From: Bdellovibrionales bacterium
GTDB lineage: Bacteria; Bdellovibrionota; Bdellovibrionia; Bdellovibrionales; JAUICD01
Direction of reading: 5' to 3'
DNA: 64,000 nt
NCBI GenBank assembly: GCA_965203275.1
Contig: OZ241865.1
Location: 96,001-160,000 of the forward strand
Below, in pieces: positions 10,583 through 23,009 of the stretch. Positions within the stretch are counted from its first letter, which is position 1. Each line of letters begins with the position of its first letter. The position numbers were made by a program, and so were the translations under genes. The notes under the pieces were generated by a model. It did no database searches. It had not been told where the DNA came from and saw nothing but the letters and a program-made list of their open reading frames with translations.

Positions 10583-10924
10583 TTATTCTATAACTCCGGC
10601 CTCTTTTAAGAGGCTTACAACCTTTATATAGCCTTCATGACTAGTATCCATTAAAGCCGTCTCGCCAAATTTGTCTTGATGATTGACGTTAGCTCCATTT
10701 TCTAGCAATACCCTTACAACTTCTATATGGACTCTAGGGTCATCAGTGTCTTGAAGATTGACGTTAAGAGCTCCATTTTCTAGCAATACCCTTGCAACCT
10801 CTATATGGCCTTCAGAGTTAATATGTATTAAAGGTGGCAGTGGCATAAGGCTTTTAGCACAAGCCCATAGAGAATCACTAGAAACAAGCAAAGCAATAAA
10901 TAGGATAAAAATATATTTTTTCAT
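10583..10924 (-). CDS. Short secreted ankyrin-repeat protein (probably internally deleted)
   Basis: GHIEVARVLLENGA and GANVNHQDKFGETALM; leader shared with 26860..28659. Confidence 0.75.
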   Translation of the reverse strand: MKKYIFILFIALLVSSDSLWACAKSLMPLPPLIHINSEGHIEVARVLLENGALNVNLQDTDDPRVHIEVVRVLLENGANVNHQDKFGETALMDTSHEGYIKVVSLLKEAGVIE

Positions 10925-10951
10925 TTGTACCTTCCTTTTGAATTTTTGATT

Positions 10952-11368
10952 TTATTTTCACTAAAAATAAACCAGCCTCTGTTTCACTCAAAGTGAACTG
11001 GCCTCTGGCCACTTTTGGACAATGACCGCAAAGGCTTTCGCCTTTGACAAAATGGTCATTGTCTCAAAAGCCTGTTCACTTTGAGTAGGGAGGATCTCTT
11101 CGTTTCTTAACACCATGTTAAGGAAAATATCCTTCTAATACCAGTTAGCCCGACGGCTACCGCCGTCGATCAAAGGCTAACCGCCTCAAAAGCTTGTTCA
11201 ATTTTAGGAAGGAGGATGTCCTCATTTCTTAACACAATGTTAAGGAAAAAGTTCATTCTTACACCTCTCGACTGTCGTCGTCGATCAAAGGCTAACTCCC
11301 TCAAAAGCTTGTTCAATTTTAGTAAGGAGGATGTCCTCATTTCTTAACACAATGTTAATAAGGAAAAT
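10952..11368 (-). repeat. Structured element cluster (one full core, two 5' halves, one stacked 3' end)
   Basis: ACTCAAAGTGAAC 10986-10998 pairs with GTTCACTTTGAGT 11074-11086; repeated TAACA..TGTTAAGG modules. Confidence 0.9.
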
Positions 11369-11972
11369 GCACCTTTTTCTTTCCACTATTCATATTATAA
11401 CTGCCAAGGCACGCATTCCAGTAATATCTGCACATCTCTTCATGATATTTCTTTTGTAACTGCCATATCTTTCGTGCAGAAGTGCCAAAGTATTGACCAT
11501 TGCCAGAGAGTACAGTATTGCCACCAATCCTAGCATCACCAGCGACAATAACACTGCCACGGACCTGAGCATTGCCAGCAACCACAGCTTCACCAGCAAC
11601 TACAGCATTGCCAGAAATCACAGAATTACCAGAGACCCTAGACCTGCTAAAGATCCTAGCACCGCCACGGACAGTAGCATCTTCAGAAACCTCAGCTTCG
11701 CCATTGACAGTAGCATTTTCAGAAACCCTAGCATTGTTATGGACCAGAGCATAGTCCAAAATCTTAGCATTGTCAGAGACCTGAGCATAATCGCAAACAG
11801 TAGCATGTGGCCCTACAAAAACTGTTGCGTCTACCAAAGCTGTATTGGCTACAAACCCACCACCACGATGTATATAGCCTTCAACACCTTCACCACAAGG
11901 TGTGTTTGCTAAAGCAAATACATTCAATGACATACTCAATAAAAATACCATTATTACATTTATAAACTTCAT
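11355..11972 (-). CDS. Secreted left-handed beta-helix (hexapeptide repeat) protein
   Basis: AAGGAGG RBS, signal peptide, GGFVA.TA.V followed by V.xnA.V hexapeptide repeats. Confidence 0.8.
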   Translation of the reverse strand: MKFINVIMVFLLSMSLNVFALANTPCGEGVEGYIHRGGGFVANTALVDATVFVGPHATVCDYAQVSDNAKILDYALVHNNARVSENATVNGEAEVSEDATVRGGARIFSRSRVSGNSVISGNAVVAGEAVVAGNAQVRGSVIVAGDARIGGNTVLSGNGQYFGTSARKIWQLQKKYHEEMCRYYWNACLGSYNMNSGKKKVHFPY

Positions 11973-12616
11973 AAGTCCTCCTTCTTGTTCCTTGTTCGTT
12001 CATAATGATTCATACATAATTCATGGCAAGAAATACCGATTAATACATTCTTTGTCAATACATTTCTTAAGAGAATCTACTTATACTTTTAAGAAAATTT
12101 ACTTATAGGTGAATCCCATAAGAGCTATATCCACTGTGCTTTTTATTTTCTTTCAGAATGTCAAACTTTTTAAGGTTTTTTGCTGTACGTCAAGATATTC
12201 AAAAATAAGGAAAAACGTATCCATCTCTGGCTTGCAGACCCATAGAGGCTGACAAGTGTTTTAGAGAATGTGGCAGGTTTTTTACACTTTAATCTTGATC
12301 TTAATGATCAACCCCTCTATATAAAATCTCTGAAATCATATTTGCTTTGCTATTTTTGCCTTTTTTGCTTTTCTTAAAGAAGCTTTTTAAAAAGCCCAAA
12401 AACAATTAATACAATCTCTTTTTTTATTAATTCAAGGCAAAAAGGTTTAACAGCCCTTTTGTTTTTACGTAATGAATAGCAAAATAAGATTTTTTTTGCA
12501 TATTCAGTTTTTTTATTTATGATTTACTTTTTTCTTGCTTTCTTTTAAAAATAATCCTATAACTTAAGATAAGCATTTTAGAGTATTTTAGAAACATCAA
12601 CTCAATGGAGGGTTTT

Positions 12617-12790
12617 ATGGATACTAAAGATATCACAAAAAAGGCAATAGCTACTATAGAGAAATCAGTCTTAGAGAAATGTGGCGGTGATCAGTCCAAA
12701 GCAGATGCTATAATAAAAGAAGTCAAAAAGAATCTTGATACAAATTCCATTTGGCAGACAGTATTTAATTCACCAGATCCAGATAAATAA
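12617..12790 (+). CDS. Small hypothetical protein
   Basis: GGAGG RBS before ATG 12617; helical composition. Confidence 0.5.
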   Translation: MDTKDITKKAIATIEKSVLEKCGGDQSKADAIIKEVKKNLDTNSIWQTVFNSPDPDK

Positions 12791-12805
12791 CATACGAAGG
12801 GTTGC

Positions 12806-13141
12806 ATGGATAAAAAAGAAGAAATACAAATAAAAACGTGTTTGGATATACTTGAAGCACATTGTGAGTATCATAATAAATGTTATGATCTTTTAAATAA
12901 CGTTGTTAGCAAAACATACTATTCTTCACCAGATGACGATAGCCTTGTTGATAGCTTTAATAAAGATGAGCTAAAAATTTACCTGTTGTTAGGACTCATA
13001 GCTAATGTTCTTACAAAGAATGATATAGCTCCACATATTTTCTTACTAAAGATTATCGAATTTCTTGAAGAACATGGAGTAAAAGCACTAAGTAAAAAGC
13101 CCTTACAATCATCTAAATTGAGAGTCTTTAATAAAAGTTAA
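12806..13141 (+). CDS. Hypothetical protein
   Basis: 111-aa ORF co-oriented with the upstream small ORF. Confidence 0.55.
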   Translation: MDKKEEIQIKTCLDILEAHCEYHNKCYDLLNNVVSKTYYSSPDDDSLVDSFNKDELKIYLLLGLIANVLTKNDIAPHIFLLKIIEFLEEHGVKALSKKPLQSSKLRVFNKS

Positions 13142-13151
13142 AAGATATCGC

Positions 13152-13692
13152 GTTTGTTTCACTAAAAGTAAACTGACCTCTGGTCACTTTTGGGTTGCCA
13201 GCCGAAGGCTATTCGCCTTCTTATCTTTTTCACTAAAAATAAACCAGCCTCTGTTTCCCTAAAATTGAACTAGCCGTCATTTTCACTCAAAATGCATCAT
13301 GCCTCTGGCATGTTTTTGGGCAATGACCGCAATGGCTTTCGCCATTGACAAAATGGTCATTGCCTCAAAAATCTATGCATTTTGAGTAGGGAGGATCTCC
13401 CTGTCTCTTGACACCATGTTAAGGAAAATATCCTTCTAATAGTTTGCCCGACGGCTACCGCCGTCGATCAAAGGCTAAGCTGTTTCACTAAAAGTGGTCT
13501 AGCCTCTGGCTACTTTCTGGCAATGACCGCAATGGCTTTCGCCATTGGCAAAATGGTCATCGCCTAGAAAGCCTGACCACTTTTAGTAGGAGGATCCTTT
13601 CCTCTTTTAACATCATGTTAAGGAAACAAAATGCTTTCAAAATTATATTAAAAGAGCAATGCCTCAAAAATCTATGCATTTTGAGTGGAAAC
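13152..13692 (-). repeat. Structured element cluster
   Basis: Full cores at about 13280-13430 and 13482-13630; stacked 3' ends at 13227-13278. Confidence 0.9.
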
Positions 13693-13694
13693 AT

Positions 13695-15491
13695 TCAAGG
13701 ACTACTTGGAGCTGGTGAAGCTGTAGGTGTAGAAGCTGGAGAAGACGAAGCAGGGGCGGTAGCTACTGGCGAAGCTGGCGAAGCAGTCTTCAAAGTAACT
13801 GAAACAGCTACTATTTTAGATTCTTCTGCTCCACTCTTAGCTTGAACATGGAGATAATATTTTTGTGGAGATGAGCTGGTAGCTGTTTTTGTTGCAGTCA
13901 CAACATTAGCAAAAGCTTCATTGTTGACAAAAGGATTATACTCACTGATAGAGTAAGGGCTTGTGATATGATCAGGAAGACTTTGATTGAGCACAAAGCG
14001 ATATGTGCAGTCTTTTTTGGGGCAATCCCACTCCCAAGTCTTTGATGCTACTTCTTGAGTGTCATCTTTTAAGCCCTTAACATGTAGGCATGTGTAGTCG
14101 CTTGCATTAAAGGATTCATTGGCCTTGCCAAAATAACATTCATTACTAGAAGAAGGACAGTATTTAAAAAACTTGTGTGTATCTTCATTGAGTGTATTTG
14201 TAAGATCATTTGCATCTGTATTTGTAAAAGCATCCACATTCTTATCATTTTTCTTATCATCTTTATTATCTTCTTCTGGATCTATCTGTATATTACTCAC
14301 TTTAAAGTTTAAAAAATGTCTGTGTTCACAAGCTTGGAGATTTTCTGCTTGTAAAAAATCTGCATTTAAAAATTCATGCACTTCTGAGTCTCTGTCCAAC
14401 TGATTGCAATTTTGATATTGCAAAGGTTTTGCTAGTTGATATTGGTTGTTGTGTTTTTGATAAATTTTTGCATATTGACACGTATCTGCATGATAGCCAA
14501 TAACCACTTTAGGGTTTGTGTTAGAATGTCTTATTTTTTGATATCCGTATCTGTCAAATTCATCACCCTTCCGAGGTGCCAAATAAACATTTTCAGGATT
14601 TTCAGAATCTACAACTCTTAATTGAATCACAGGTTGTATGAGCTGGTCACTTCCTACAACAATGTATTCCTGCTGTCTATGAGAAATACACTCTTCATCT
14701 TCAAATTCGACAAAAGATTTTACAAATACAGGACCTTTAATATCTGTCCAATCAACACTTAAACTGCTATCATCACCCACAGCCAATAAATTGCTATCAA
14801 GAGCTACTTCATCGTCTTGTGTGACAGCCCATAAAAAGCTGTTGATAGTATCAGAATTTTGGCCATCATCTCTGAACACATTAAAAACAGATTGACTGCC
14901 TGATTTGAGAGTATTTCTTTCAAGTTCAATTTCTAAAGGAGGAGTTAAATCGCATTCTCCGACGACTAATGTTTTATGGACAGTACTAACTGAATCATCT
15001 GAGCCTTTTAAGTCTACTGAAATTTTATAAACACCTCTTTCTGAGAAAGTCCAGCTATAACTAGAAGTGGTTGTGACCTTATCTGTACTAGATTCATTGA
15101 CAATAGTTGACTCTTCAGGTGTTGTTTGACCCTGTGTCACCATTCCTAGCTTTTCAATAGTCCATGTAAACTGATTGTAATCCTCAAGCCTGATCTGTCC
15201 TCCAAACGTTTGTAATTTAATGGCAATAGCAGTATCTGTATCAAAATAATCCATTGGAGCATTTTCAGGATCACTTGCAAGGCTTGTCAGGATAGAAACA
15301 AGAGGTGAAGTGCTTGCAGGTTTAGGAGTAGGACTCTTAGAAGGAGCTGGAGAAGCGTTGGTAGATGGTTTGATTCCCTGCTCATATTTCTGTTGACCAC
15401 AGTTTTGAAATCCTATGATGAGAACAAATAAAAAAGCAAATAAAGATAAAGTTTTCCAACGACTTAGATGACTTTCTTTAAATAATTTCAT
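13695..15491 (-). CDS. Bdellovibrio-type FQNC lipoprotein with Ig-like beta domains and Pro/Ser/Thr-rich ends
   Basis: AAGGAGG RBS before ATG 15491; IIGFQNCGQ lipobox; YYLHVQAK strand. Confidence 0.75.
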   Translation of the reverse strand: MKLFKESHLSRWKTLSLFAFLFVLIIGFQNCGQQKYEQGIKPSTNASPAPSKSPTPKPASTSPLVSILTSLASDPENAPMDYFDTDTAIAIKLQTFGGQIRLEDYNQFTWTIEKLGMVTQGQTTPEESTIVNESSTDKVTTTSSYSWTFSERGVYKISVDLKGSDDSVSTVHKTLVVGECDLTPPLEIELERNTLKSGSQSVFNVFRDDGQNSDTINSFLWAVTQDDEVALDSNLLAVGDDSSLSVDWTDIKGPVFVKSFVEFEDEECISHRQQEYIVVGSDQLIQPVIQLRVVDSENPENVYLAPRKGDEFDRYGYQKIRHSNTNPKVVIGYHADTCQYAKIYQKHNNQYQLAKPLQYQNCNQLDRDSEVHEFLNADFLQAENLQACEHRHFLNFKVSNIQIDPEEDNKDDKKNDKNVDAFTNTDANDLTNTLNEDTHKFFKYCPSSSNECYFGKANESFNASDYTCLHVKGLKDDTQEVASKTWEWDCPKKDCTYRFVLNQSLPDHITSPYSISEYNPFVNNEAFANVVTATKTATSSSPQKYYLHVQAKSGAEESKIVAVSVTLKTASPASPVATAPASSSPASTPTASPAPSSP

Positions 15492-15912
15492 TATAAATTT
15501 CCTCCTTAAATACTCACTCAATTTATTTAAAAATCTCATTTTGACTGTTCAAAATGAGAAATTCTTTTATTTTTGTTTCTTATTGATACATTTTATTCGG
15601 TCAAAAATTTACAATACTTTAGTTTTTTTGATTAAATTTTACTTAAATTTATTTATTTCAGATAAATTTAGGATGATTTAGGATGATATTGCGACTTTGA
15701 ACCCCGCCCTAAGAAGAAAAAAGCTAAAAAATGATACTTTTTTAAGTATTTCCTTAATTACACAAAATATTCATAAAATGCTTCACCCTTGACTATGGTT
15801 TACAAATATCTAAAAAATATTTAGCTTTTAAGTAAAAGCAGTATAAAATATCGTAAATAAGATAAGTTTTCATCGTAAAGAATAAACAAAAGCATAAAAA
15901 ATAAAAGAGAGC

Positions 15913-18351
15913 ATGGCATTGGACTTTTTGAATAATATTCTCAATTCGTCTTGTTATATTGTAATAATCACCTTGTCTTTGGTGTTATTTTTTGGATATA
16001 AAGGCTTTCCCTTGATAACTTATGCTGTGGTTGTTTTAACTGCACTCTATTTAATGCAATGTCCTCTTTGGGTATTGCTTATTGTCGCTGTTATTTTCCT
16101 TATCTTTTTAATCAAGCCCATTCGCAGTGTTCTCATATCTGATTTTATTATGAAGTTTATTAAAAAGATTAATCTTATTCCTCAAATTTCACCCACTGAG
16201 CGTACTGCTATTGAAGCAGGCACATTATGGGTTGATAAAGATTTATTTTCTGGTAATCCTGATTATCAAAAACTCATGTCTGAAAGTTATCCTCAACTGA
16301 CAGAGCAGGAGCAAGCTTTTTTAGATGGGCCTGTCAATGAGCTGTGTCGTCTGACTAACAATTTTGATATTATTAATAAGAGAAGAATCCCTCAACCTGT
16401 GTGGGATTACATGAAGAAAGAAAAGTTCTTTGGCATGATTATTCCTCAAAAATACGGAGGATTAGGTTTTTCTGCTTTAGCTCACAGTGCTGTCATTGCA
16501 AAAATAAACTCTCGATCATCTGCTGTTGCTGTGACTGTTATGGTTCCAAATTCTTTAGGTCCAGCAGAACTTTTAATGCATTATGGGACAGAAGAGCAAA
16601 GGCAATATTATCTCCCTCGCTTAGCTGATGCTAGAGAGATCCCTTGCTTTGCATTGACAGAACCAGAAGCTGGTAGTGATGCTGGCTCTATTCAGTCTAC
16701 TGGAGTTGTCTTTAAAGGTGAGGATGATCAACTCTACATACGTCTTAATTGGAATAAGCGTTGGATCACATTGGCATCCATTTCTACAGTGATGGGCTTG
16801 GCCTTTCGTTTGAAAGATCCTGATCACTTATTAGGTGATAGGGAAGATATAGGAATTACTTGTGGGTTAATTCCTTCTAAAACAAAAGGAGTTACTTTGG
16901 GACGTCGTCATAATCCTATGGGTATACCATTTCACAACTGCCCCACACAAGGTCAAGATGTGGTTGTACCTATTGATGCTATTATTGGAGGCCGTCAAAA
17001 TGCAGGTAAGGGCTGGAGCATGTTGATGGAATCCCTGGGTGTAGGAAGGGGTATTTCCCTCCCTTCGCAGTTATGTGGTAGTTGTAAATTACTGACAAAA
17101 GTGGTATCTAGTCATGCTGTGATTCGTAAACAGTTTGGATACTCTATAGGCCAATTCGAAGGTGTCCAAGAGCATCTTGCTAGAATTGCTGCAAAGACTT
17201 ATATGATAGATGCTACAAGAATTTACACACAAGGAGCCTTAGATAGTGGAATCAAACCCGCTATCATTACAGCTATTGTCAAATACCAAACGACAGAGAT
17301 AGGACGTGATATAGTCAATGATGTGATGGATGTGATGGGTGGTGCTGGACTTTCCTTAGGACCTCGTAATTTGGTGGCTTCTTTTTACATTGTCAATCCT
17401 ATTGGAATCACAGTAGAAGGAGCCAATATTTTAACGCGTACATTGATGATTTTTGGTCAAGGAGCTATGCGAGCACATCCTTATGCCTTTCAAGAGATCA
17501 ATGCTTTAGAAAAAGGTAATTTAAAAGCATTTGATGAAGCATTTTGGAGTCATGTAGGCCATGTTGTACATAATTTATGTAGAAGTATTTGTTTGAGTTG
17601 GACAAGGGGTTTCATAGCAAAGTCTCATGGGGATGTTCATACAAAGAAATATTTTAAAAGGCTCTCATGGATATCAGCTTCTTTTGCTTTAATGACAGAT
17701 ATTGTGATGGCCCTTTTTGGTGGCACTCTTAAAAAGCGAGAGATGCTCACAGGTCGGTTTGCAGATATTTTGTCTCATTTATATATGGCAACAGCTGTAT
17801 TGAGACGTTATGAAGCAGAAGGTCGTCAAAAAGAAGATCTGCCTTTTATGCATTACAGTATAGCCTATTGTTTCAACCAAATACAAAAGGCTTTTGATGG
17901 TATTTTCCGTAATATAGATACCAAAGGCCTTGCTTGGTTTTTCAATGGTCCTTTACGTATATGGTCTGATGTCAATAGTGTGACAGAAAATATTAGCGAT
18001 GATCTCATTCGAAAGGTCACAAAAATTATTTTAACAGACACTTCTGCTAGAGAACGCCTCACACAAGGTGTTTACCTGCCTGATGATCGCAATCAACAAA
18101 TAGCCCGGTTGGAGTACGCTTTTAAGATGATCTTACAGTCAGAGAAAGCAGAACGTAAAGTAAGAAGTGCTATCAGGAAAAAGCAATTGCCTAAAAATAA
18201 GATACGCTTTGTCATTGATGAAGCTCTTGAAAAGAAAATTATTTCTCAAAAAGAATACAACGAATTAAAAGAATGTGCAAATATTCGATTAGATGCCATC
18301 CAAGTGGATTCCTTCACAGAAGAAGAATATCTTAACAATAATAATAGCTGA
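15913..18351 (+). CDS. fadE: Acyl-CoA dehydrogenase FadE
   Basis: [54 protein letters not shown]; 812 aa. Confidence 0.95.
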   Translation: MALDFLNNILNSSCYIVIITLSLVLFFGYKGFPLITYAVVVLTALYLMQCPLWVLLIVAVIFLIFLIKPIRSVLISDFIMKFIKKINLIPQISPTERTAIEAGTLWVDKDLFSGNPDYQKLMSESYPQLTEQEQAFLDGPVNELCRLTNNFDIINKRRIPQPVWDYMKKEKFFGMIIPQKYGGLGFSALAHSAVIAKINSRSSAVAVTVMVPNSLGPAELLMHYGTEEQRQYYLPRLADAREIPCFALTEPEAGSDAGSIQSTGVVFKGEDDQLYIRLNWNKRWITLASISTVMGLAFRLKDPDHLLGDREDIGITCGLIPSKTKGVTLGRRHNPMGIPFHNCPTQGQDVVVPIDAIIGGRQNAGKGWSMLMESLGVGRGISLPSQLCGSCKLLTKVVSSHAVIRKQFGYSIGQFEGVQEHLARIAAKTYMIDATRIYTQGALDSGIKPAIITAIVKYQTTEIGRDIVNDVMDVMGGAGLSLGPRNLVASFYIVNPIGITVEGANILTRTLMIFGQGAMRAHPYAFQEINALEKGNLKAFDEAFWSHVGHVVHNLCRSICLSWTRGFIAKSHGDVHTKKYFKRLSWISASFALMTDIVMALFGGTLKKREMLTGRFADILSHLYMATAVLRRYEAEGRQKEDLPFMHYSIAYCFNQIQKAFDGIFRNIDTKGLAWFFNGPLRIWSDVNSVTENISDDLIRKVTKIILTDTSARERLTQGVYLPDDRNQQIARLEYAFKMILQSEKAERKVRSAIRKKQLPKNKIRFVIDEALEKKIISQKEYNELKECANIRLDAIQVDSFTEEEYLNNNNS

Positions 18352-19973
18352 TGAGAGATATGATCACCAAAGTTAAAGGTTTGAGTGTTGGAGAAAAAAT
18401 GGAAGATTCTGATAATTATAAAATAAAACCTGTGAAATCTTATTATGATCAAAAAAACTTAGAAAATTTATACCACAATCCTCATCAAGTTCCTGGTCAA
18501 TATCCTTTTTTAAGAGGCATTCATCCTGACATGTACAAGGGTCGCTTATGGACTATGAGACAATACGCTGGTTTTGCTGATGCTCAAACAAGCAATAAAC
18601 GTTACCATGCTCTTTTAAAAAATGGACAAACAGGATTGAGCATTGCTTTTGATCTGCCTACTCAAATGGGTTATGACTCTGACCATCCAATGGCTCAAAG
18701 TGAAGTTGGTCTGGTGGGAGTTGCTATATGTACTCTGGAAGATATGGAAATGCTTTTAAAAGATTTGCCTTTGGATTCTATTTCAACATCTATGACGATC
18801 AATGCCACAGCTGCTATTTTATTAGCCTTTTATATTGCAGTTGCTAAAAAACAAAATATTTCTTTTTCAAAATTAAGAGGTACAATTCAAAATGATATTC
18901 TCAAAGAGTACATTGCAAGAGGGACTTACATTTATCCTCCTCAACCTAGTTTGAGAATCATCACTGATATTTTTAAATACTGTCAAAATCAAAATTTTAA
19001 TACCATAAGCATTTCTGGCTATCATATTAGGGAGGCTGGTAGTAGTGCAGCTCAGGAGCTTGCTTTCACTCTAGCTAATGGCATCACATACGTAGAAGCT
19101 GCCTTAAAGGCAGGTTTAACTATTGATGAGTTTGCCCCTCGATTAAGTTTTTTCTTTAACATTCACAATCACTTTTTAGAAGAAATAGCTAAACTAAGAG
19201 CTGCTAGAGTCCTTTGGGCAGACATTATGAAAAATCGGTTTAAGGCACAAAATCCTAAGTCTCAAACATTGCGATTCCATGCTCAGACAGCAGGCTCTAC
19301 CTTGACCGCTCTACAACCTTACAATAATATTGTTAGGGTAGCTTTGCAAGCTATGGCTGCTGTCTTAGGTGGTACGCAAAGCTTACACACCAATGCTATG
19401 GATGAAGCATTAGGGATACCCACACAACAATCTGCCACAATTGCTTTGAGAACTCAGCAAATTATTGCCCATGAAACAAATGTCATAGAGACATCTGACC
19501 CACTTGGAGGCTCTTATTATATAGAGGCTTTAACTTCAGAACTCATCAAAGAAGCTCAAAGTTATATTCAAAGGATTGAAAGTTTAGGAGGAGTTGTCTC
19601 TTGTATTGAATCAGGCTGGATACAAAATCAAATCCAAGCAGAAGCTTATAAAACACAAAAAGCCTTCGAAGAAAAATCTCAAATACACATAGGAGTTAAT
19701 GCTTTCACCACAGAAGAAAACTTCAAACCAGAAACTTTAAAGATAGATCCTTTAATTCAAGCAGAACAAATAGCTCGCATAAAAGCTTTTAAAGCTAGGA
19801 GGGATCCTCAAAAAGTCCATCAACAATTAGAAAAAATTTATAATGTTGCTAATTCTAAAGAAAATTTAATGCCTGTTTTAGTAGAAGCTGTAGAAAACTC
19901 TATCACACTTGGAGAAATTTCTTCTGCTTTGGAAAAAGTATTCCACAGATATCAAGAAGTGATTACTTTTTGA
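18351..19973 (+). CDS. Methylmalonyl-CoA mutase, substrate-binding (N-terminal) subunit
   Basis: [44 protein letters not shown]; no B12-binding domain (split enzyme). Confidence 0.9.
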   Translation: MRDMITKVKGLSVGEKMEDSDNYKIKPVKSYYDQKNLENLYHNPHQVPGQYPFLRGIHPDMYKGRLWTMRQYAGFADAQTSNKRYHALLKNGQTGLSIAFDLPTQMGYDSDHPMAQSEVGLVGVAICTLEDMEMLLKDLPLDSISTSMTINATAAILLAFYIAVAKKQNISFSKLRGTIQNDILKEYIARGTYIYPPQPSLRIITDIFKYCQNQNFNTISISGYHIREAGSSAAQELAFTLANGITYVEAALKAGLTIDEFAPRLSFFFNIHNHFLEEIAKLRAARVLWADIMKNRFKAQNPKSQTLRFHAQTAGSTLTALQPYNNIVRVALQAMAAVLGGTQSLHTNAMDEALGIPTQQSATIALRTQQIIAHETNVIETSDPLGGSYYIEALTSELIKEAQSYIQRIESLGGVVSCIESGWIQNQIQAEAYKTQKAFEEKSQIHIGVNAFTTEENFKPETLKIDPLIQAEQIARIKAFKARRDPQKVHQQLEKIYNVANSKENLMPVLVEAVENSITLGEISSALEKVFHRYQEVITF

Positions 19974-19984
19974 AAGGATACATT

Positions 19985-21154
19985 ATGAATGTAGGGATTT
20001 TAGGAGGAGGACAGTTAGCCTTAATGCTTTGTGAAGCAGCTAACAAGCTTAGACTAAAAACCCTTTGTTTAGCTTCATCTCACAGTCCTGCAAGTTATGT
20101 ATCAGAGACAACAGAGGACATGCAAAAACTTATAGCTCACAGTCAAGTGATTGCAATAGAAAATGAATTTCTTAAAGATGAAGATGCTCATTTACTGCAA
20201 GAAGCTCCTATAAAACCAAACCTGCAAACCATCCAGCTTTTTAGCAATAAGTTAGAACAAAAAAAGCTTTTAGATTATGTTGGGTTACCCACAAGTCATT
20301 ATATAGAAAAGCCTCTTGCCCTCTCAGCAAAAGTTTGGGTGCCAGAGGTCAGAGAAAAGTTTTTAAAAGGTGTAGTGATCAAATGGGGGCGAATGGGCTA
20401 TGATGGCTTGGGGACTTATTTTTTAAAAGATATCAGTGATGAAAAATCTGCTATAGATTTTGTTCATCAAGCTGATCAAAAGAATATCCCTGTCTATGCT
20501 GAAGAAATGGTTTTTTTTGATAAGGAAGTCGCTCAGGTCACAGCTTTTTCTGCTCTACAAAAAGAATTTTATCATTTTCCACTTGTGGAAACTATACAAG
20601 AAAAAGGCATTTGTTCTCGTGTTTATAATATGCCATTGGATGATTTTTCTAAAACTCTTGAGAAAAAGGCACAAGCTTATGCAGAAAAGCTAGCTTTATC
20701 TTCTCATCTGGTAGGAACTTATGCGATAGAATTTTTTTTAAAAGAGGGTGAACTTTTGATCAATGAAATTGCCCCACGGGTGCATAATTCAGGGCATTGG
20801 TCACAAATCTCTCGTTTTAGTCAATTTGAAGCTCATTGGCAAGCCTTGCTGGGAAGGTCCTTTCCAAAGCAAGTGATGTATCCTCCTTATTTTAGTATGC
20901 ATAATATTCTAGGCTTGCCCAAAATTTATAAAAATCTTTTAAAAGAAACCAAGAAGTATATTGATCTTAAGGGTAATCCTAGTGTATATTGGTATGGCAA
21001 GACAGAGATGCGTCCTCGGCGTAAACTAGGACATATTTGTTGTTTTGCAGATAACCGTAAAAAACTTGAAAGCATAGATAAAAAGGCAAAACAAATGAGA
21101 CAACAATTGCTTTTAGACATACAGAGAAAAGGCCTCTGCAATGAAAAAGCTTAA
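19985..21154 (+). CDS. purK: N5-carboxyaminoimidazole ribonucleotide synthase
   Basis: [31 protein letters not shown]. Confidence 0.93.
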   Translation: MNVGILGGGQLALMLCEAANKLRLKTLCLASSHSPASYVSETTEDMQKLIAHSQVIAIENEFLKDEDAHLLQEAPIKPNLQTIQLFSNKLEQKKLLDYVGLPTSHYIEKPLALSAKVWVPEVREKFLKGVVIKWGRMGYDGLGTYFLKDISDEKSAIDFVHQADQKNIPVYAEEMVFFDKEVAQVTAFSALQKEFYHFPLVETIQEKGICSRVYNMPLDDFSKTLEKKAQAYAEKLALSSHLVGTYAIEFFLKEGELLINEIAPRVHNSGHWSQISRFSQFEAHWQALLGRSFPKQVMYPPYFSMHNILGLPKIYKNLLKETKKYIDLKGNPSVYWYGKTEMRPRRKLGHICCFADNRKKLESIDKKAKQMRQQLLLDIQRKGLCNEKA

Positions 21155-21653
21155 GAAAACATCTGCTAAGGTGGCTATTATTATGGGAAGTTCTTCGGAT
21201 TTCCCTGTCATGAAGGAAGCAGGTGTAGCCCTTAAGAAACTTCAATGTAAGTATGCATTTTATGTTGTATCTGCTCATCGTACGCCAGAGTGGATGTTTG
21301 AATTTGCTAAGACAGCTCGTGTCAATGGTTTTCAGGTCATTATTGCAGGGGCAGGTAAGGCAGCTCATTTGCCAGGAATGGTTGCCTCTTTGACGGACTT
21401 GCCTGTGATTGGTGTCCCTGTCCCTGTGGGGGAGATGCAAGGTCAGGATGCTTTATTTTCTATCGTACAAATGCCCAAGGGAGTGCCTGTAGCCACTGTG
21501 GGCATAGGTAATAGTTATAATGCAGGATTATTAGCAGCTAAGATATTGGCATCAAGTTGCCTACAAGAAGATAGTGATTTATTCAAAAGATTAAATGCTT
21601 TAGCACAACAATCTCAAAAAGCAACCCTTAAAAAATCTCTCAAGGTGTTATAA
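21141..21653 (+). CDS. purE: N5-CAIR mutase
   Basis: [39 protein letters not shown]. Confidence 0.97.
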   Translation: MKKLKKTSAKVAIIMGSSSDFPVMKEAGVALKKLQCKYAFYVVSAHRTPEWMFEFAKTARVNGFQVIIAGAGKAAHLPGMVASLTDLPVIGVPVPVGEMQGQDALFSIVQMPKGVPVATVGIGNSYNAGLLAAKILASSCLQEDSDLFKRLNALAQQSQKATLKKSLKVL

Positions 21654-21902
21654 AATTTGGGTTTGATAGTTTTTGGTGGTTTTCTTAGTAGGTTGTAGGT
21701 TTTTTAAAAAAGTGCCTGAGTTTTTATCTTGCTTTTTTTATCAATCTTTTTTTTCATCAATTTTTCAGAAAAGTTAAATACATTTTGAGCATTTGCGATT
21801 GAAAAATACAATATAATAAGATAATTATAACACAACAGCTTTGTTCATAATATTATAAAGATATTTATTGACAAGATATTTTATTTCTACTATAGGTAGG
21901 TT

Positions 21903-22220
21903 ATGGTTATGGAAAAGTATAAACAGAAATACAATCAGTATTGGCTTCAAGTCAATGCTATTGCTAATAAGATAGAAAGCTGTGGGTATGATAGCAATGC
22001 AGCTGTCTGTGGTGTTCAATTCTATCTAAAAAGACAAGGTGATGTTTTTACAAGAATGAGTATAGAGGCAAGGCCATATATCAAAGAGCTGATTGATCTT
22101 GGCAATGAGATGCGAGAGCATCGGATCAATCCAGTGTGGTTTTATGAGGCTTGGAGAGTTGAAAGGTATAAATCACCAAAGCCATCAAAAAGAAATCCTG
22201 TCCCTGTCGTCACAACATAA
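21903..22220 (+). CDS. Hypothetical protein
   Basis: 105-aa ORF preceded by TTGACA (21868) and followed by an AAAGCC-AAG-GGCTTT hairpin. Confidence 0.5.
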   Translation: MVMEKYKQKYNQYWLQVNAIANKIESCGYDSNAAVCGVQFYLKRQGDVFTRMSIEARPYIKELIDLGNEMREHRINPVWFYEAWRVERYKSPKPSKRNPVPVVTT

Positions 22221-22392
22221 TTTGAGTTTACTTTTTGAAAGCCAAGGGCTTTTTATTCTTGTTAAGATCACCTCATCACACAATGTTCTCTTTTTGAGAT
22301 AGAGGCCACTTTATAATTCCGGGCGTATGCTTTGTTTTATCATCACACAACGTTCTCTTTTTTTTAGAGGCTACCCTATAAATTTGATATGT

Positions 22393-22862
22393 GATGGTGA
22401 CCATTTTGCCAACGTGAAGTAAACATCTCTTGTTTCCTTAACATGTAGTTAAGAGATGAGGAGATCCTTCTTACTAAAAGTAAACGGATTTTTGAGGCAA
22501 TCAGCCTTTTATCGACGGCAAGAGCCCAAAGGTGTAAGAAGGAACTTTTTCCTTAACATGGTGTTAAAAAATGAGGAGATCCTCCTCTACTCAAAATGAG
22601 CAGTTTTTTGCGGCATTGCTCTTTTTAGACAGCGTAAGCTGTCAGAGCAATGCCCAAAAACACACCAGAGGTGTGGCTCATTTTGAGTGAAACAACTAAC
22701 TCCTTACTCAAAGTGAACAGGCTTTTGAGACGATGACCATTTTGTCAAAGGCGAAAGCCTTTGCGGTCATCGTCCAAAAGTGACCAGAGGTCAGTTCACT
22801 TTGAGTGAAACAAACTCCTTAACATGGTGTTTATCCGGGATCTGGGATCCCGTATCCCAGAA
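22393..22862 (+). repeat. Structured element cluster upstream of rpn
   Basis: Core ACTCAAAATGAGC 22589-22601 pairs with GCTCATTTTGAGT 22676-22688; second core 22706-22812; GGGATC module 22833-22860. Confidence 0.9.
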
Positions 22863-23009
22863 GGATGATCTTTGTAGAGAAGATCACAGGATAATACATA
22901 TCATTCTTAGAGCAGTTATAAGGCAGTTAAAAGTTATGACAAACAGAATATATTTGACTTAAGTGATTTTTTACTATTAAACTAAGATAATAAAAATGAG
23001 GTATACAAG

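Noticed and set aside
22550..22570. attC or dif site in CCTTAAC-ATGGT-GTTAA
   Set aside because: Only 5 nt separate AAC and GTT, there are no L boxes or XerC arm, and no integrase is present
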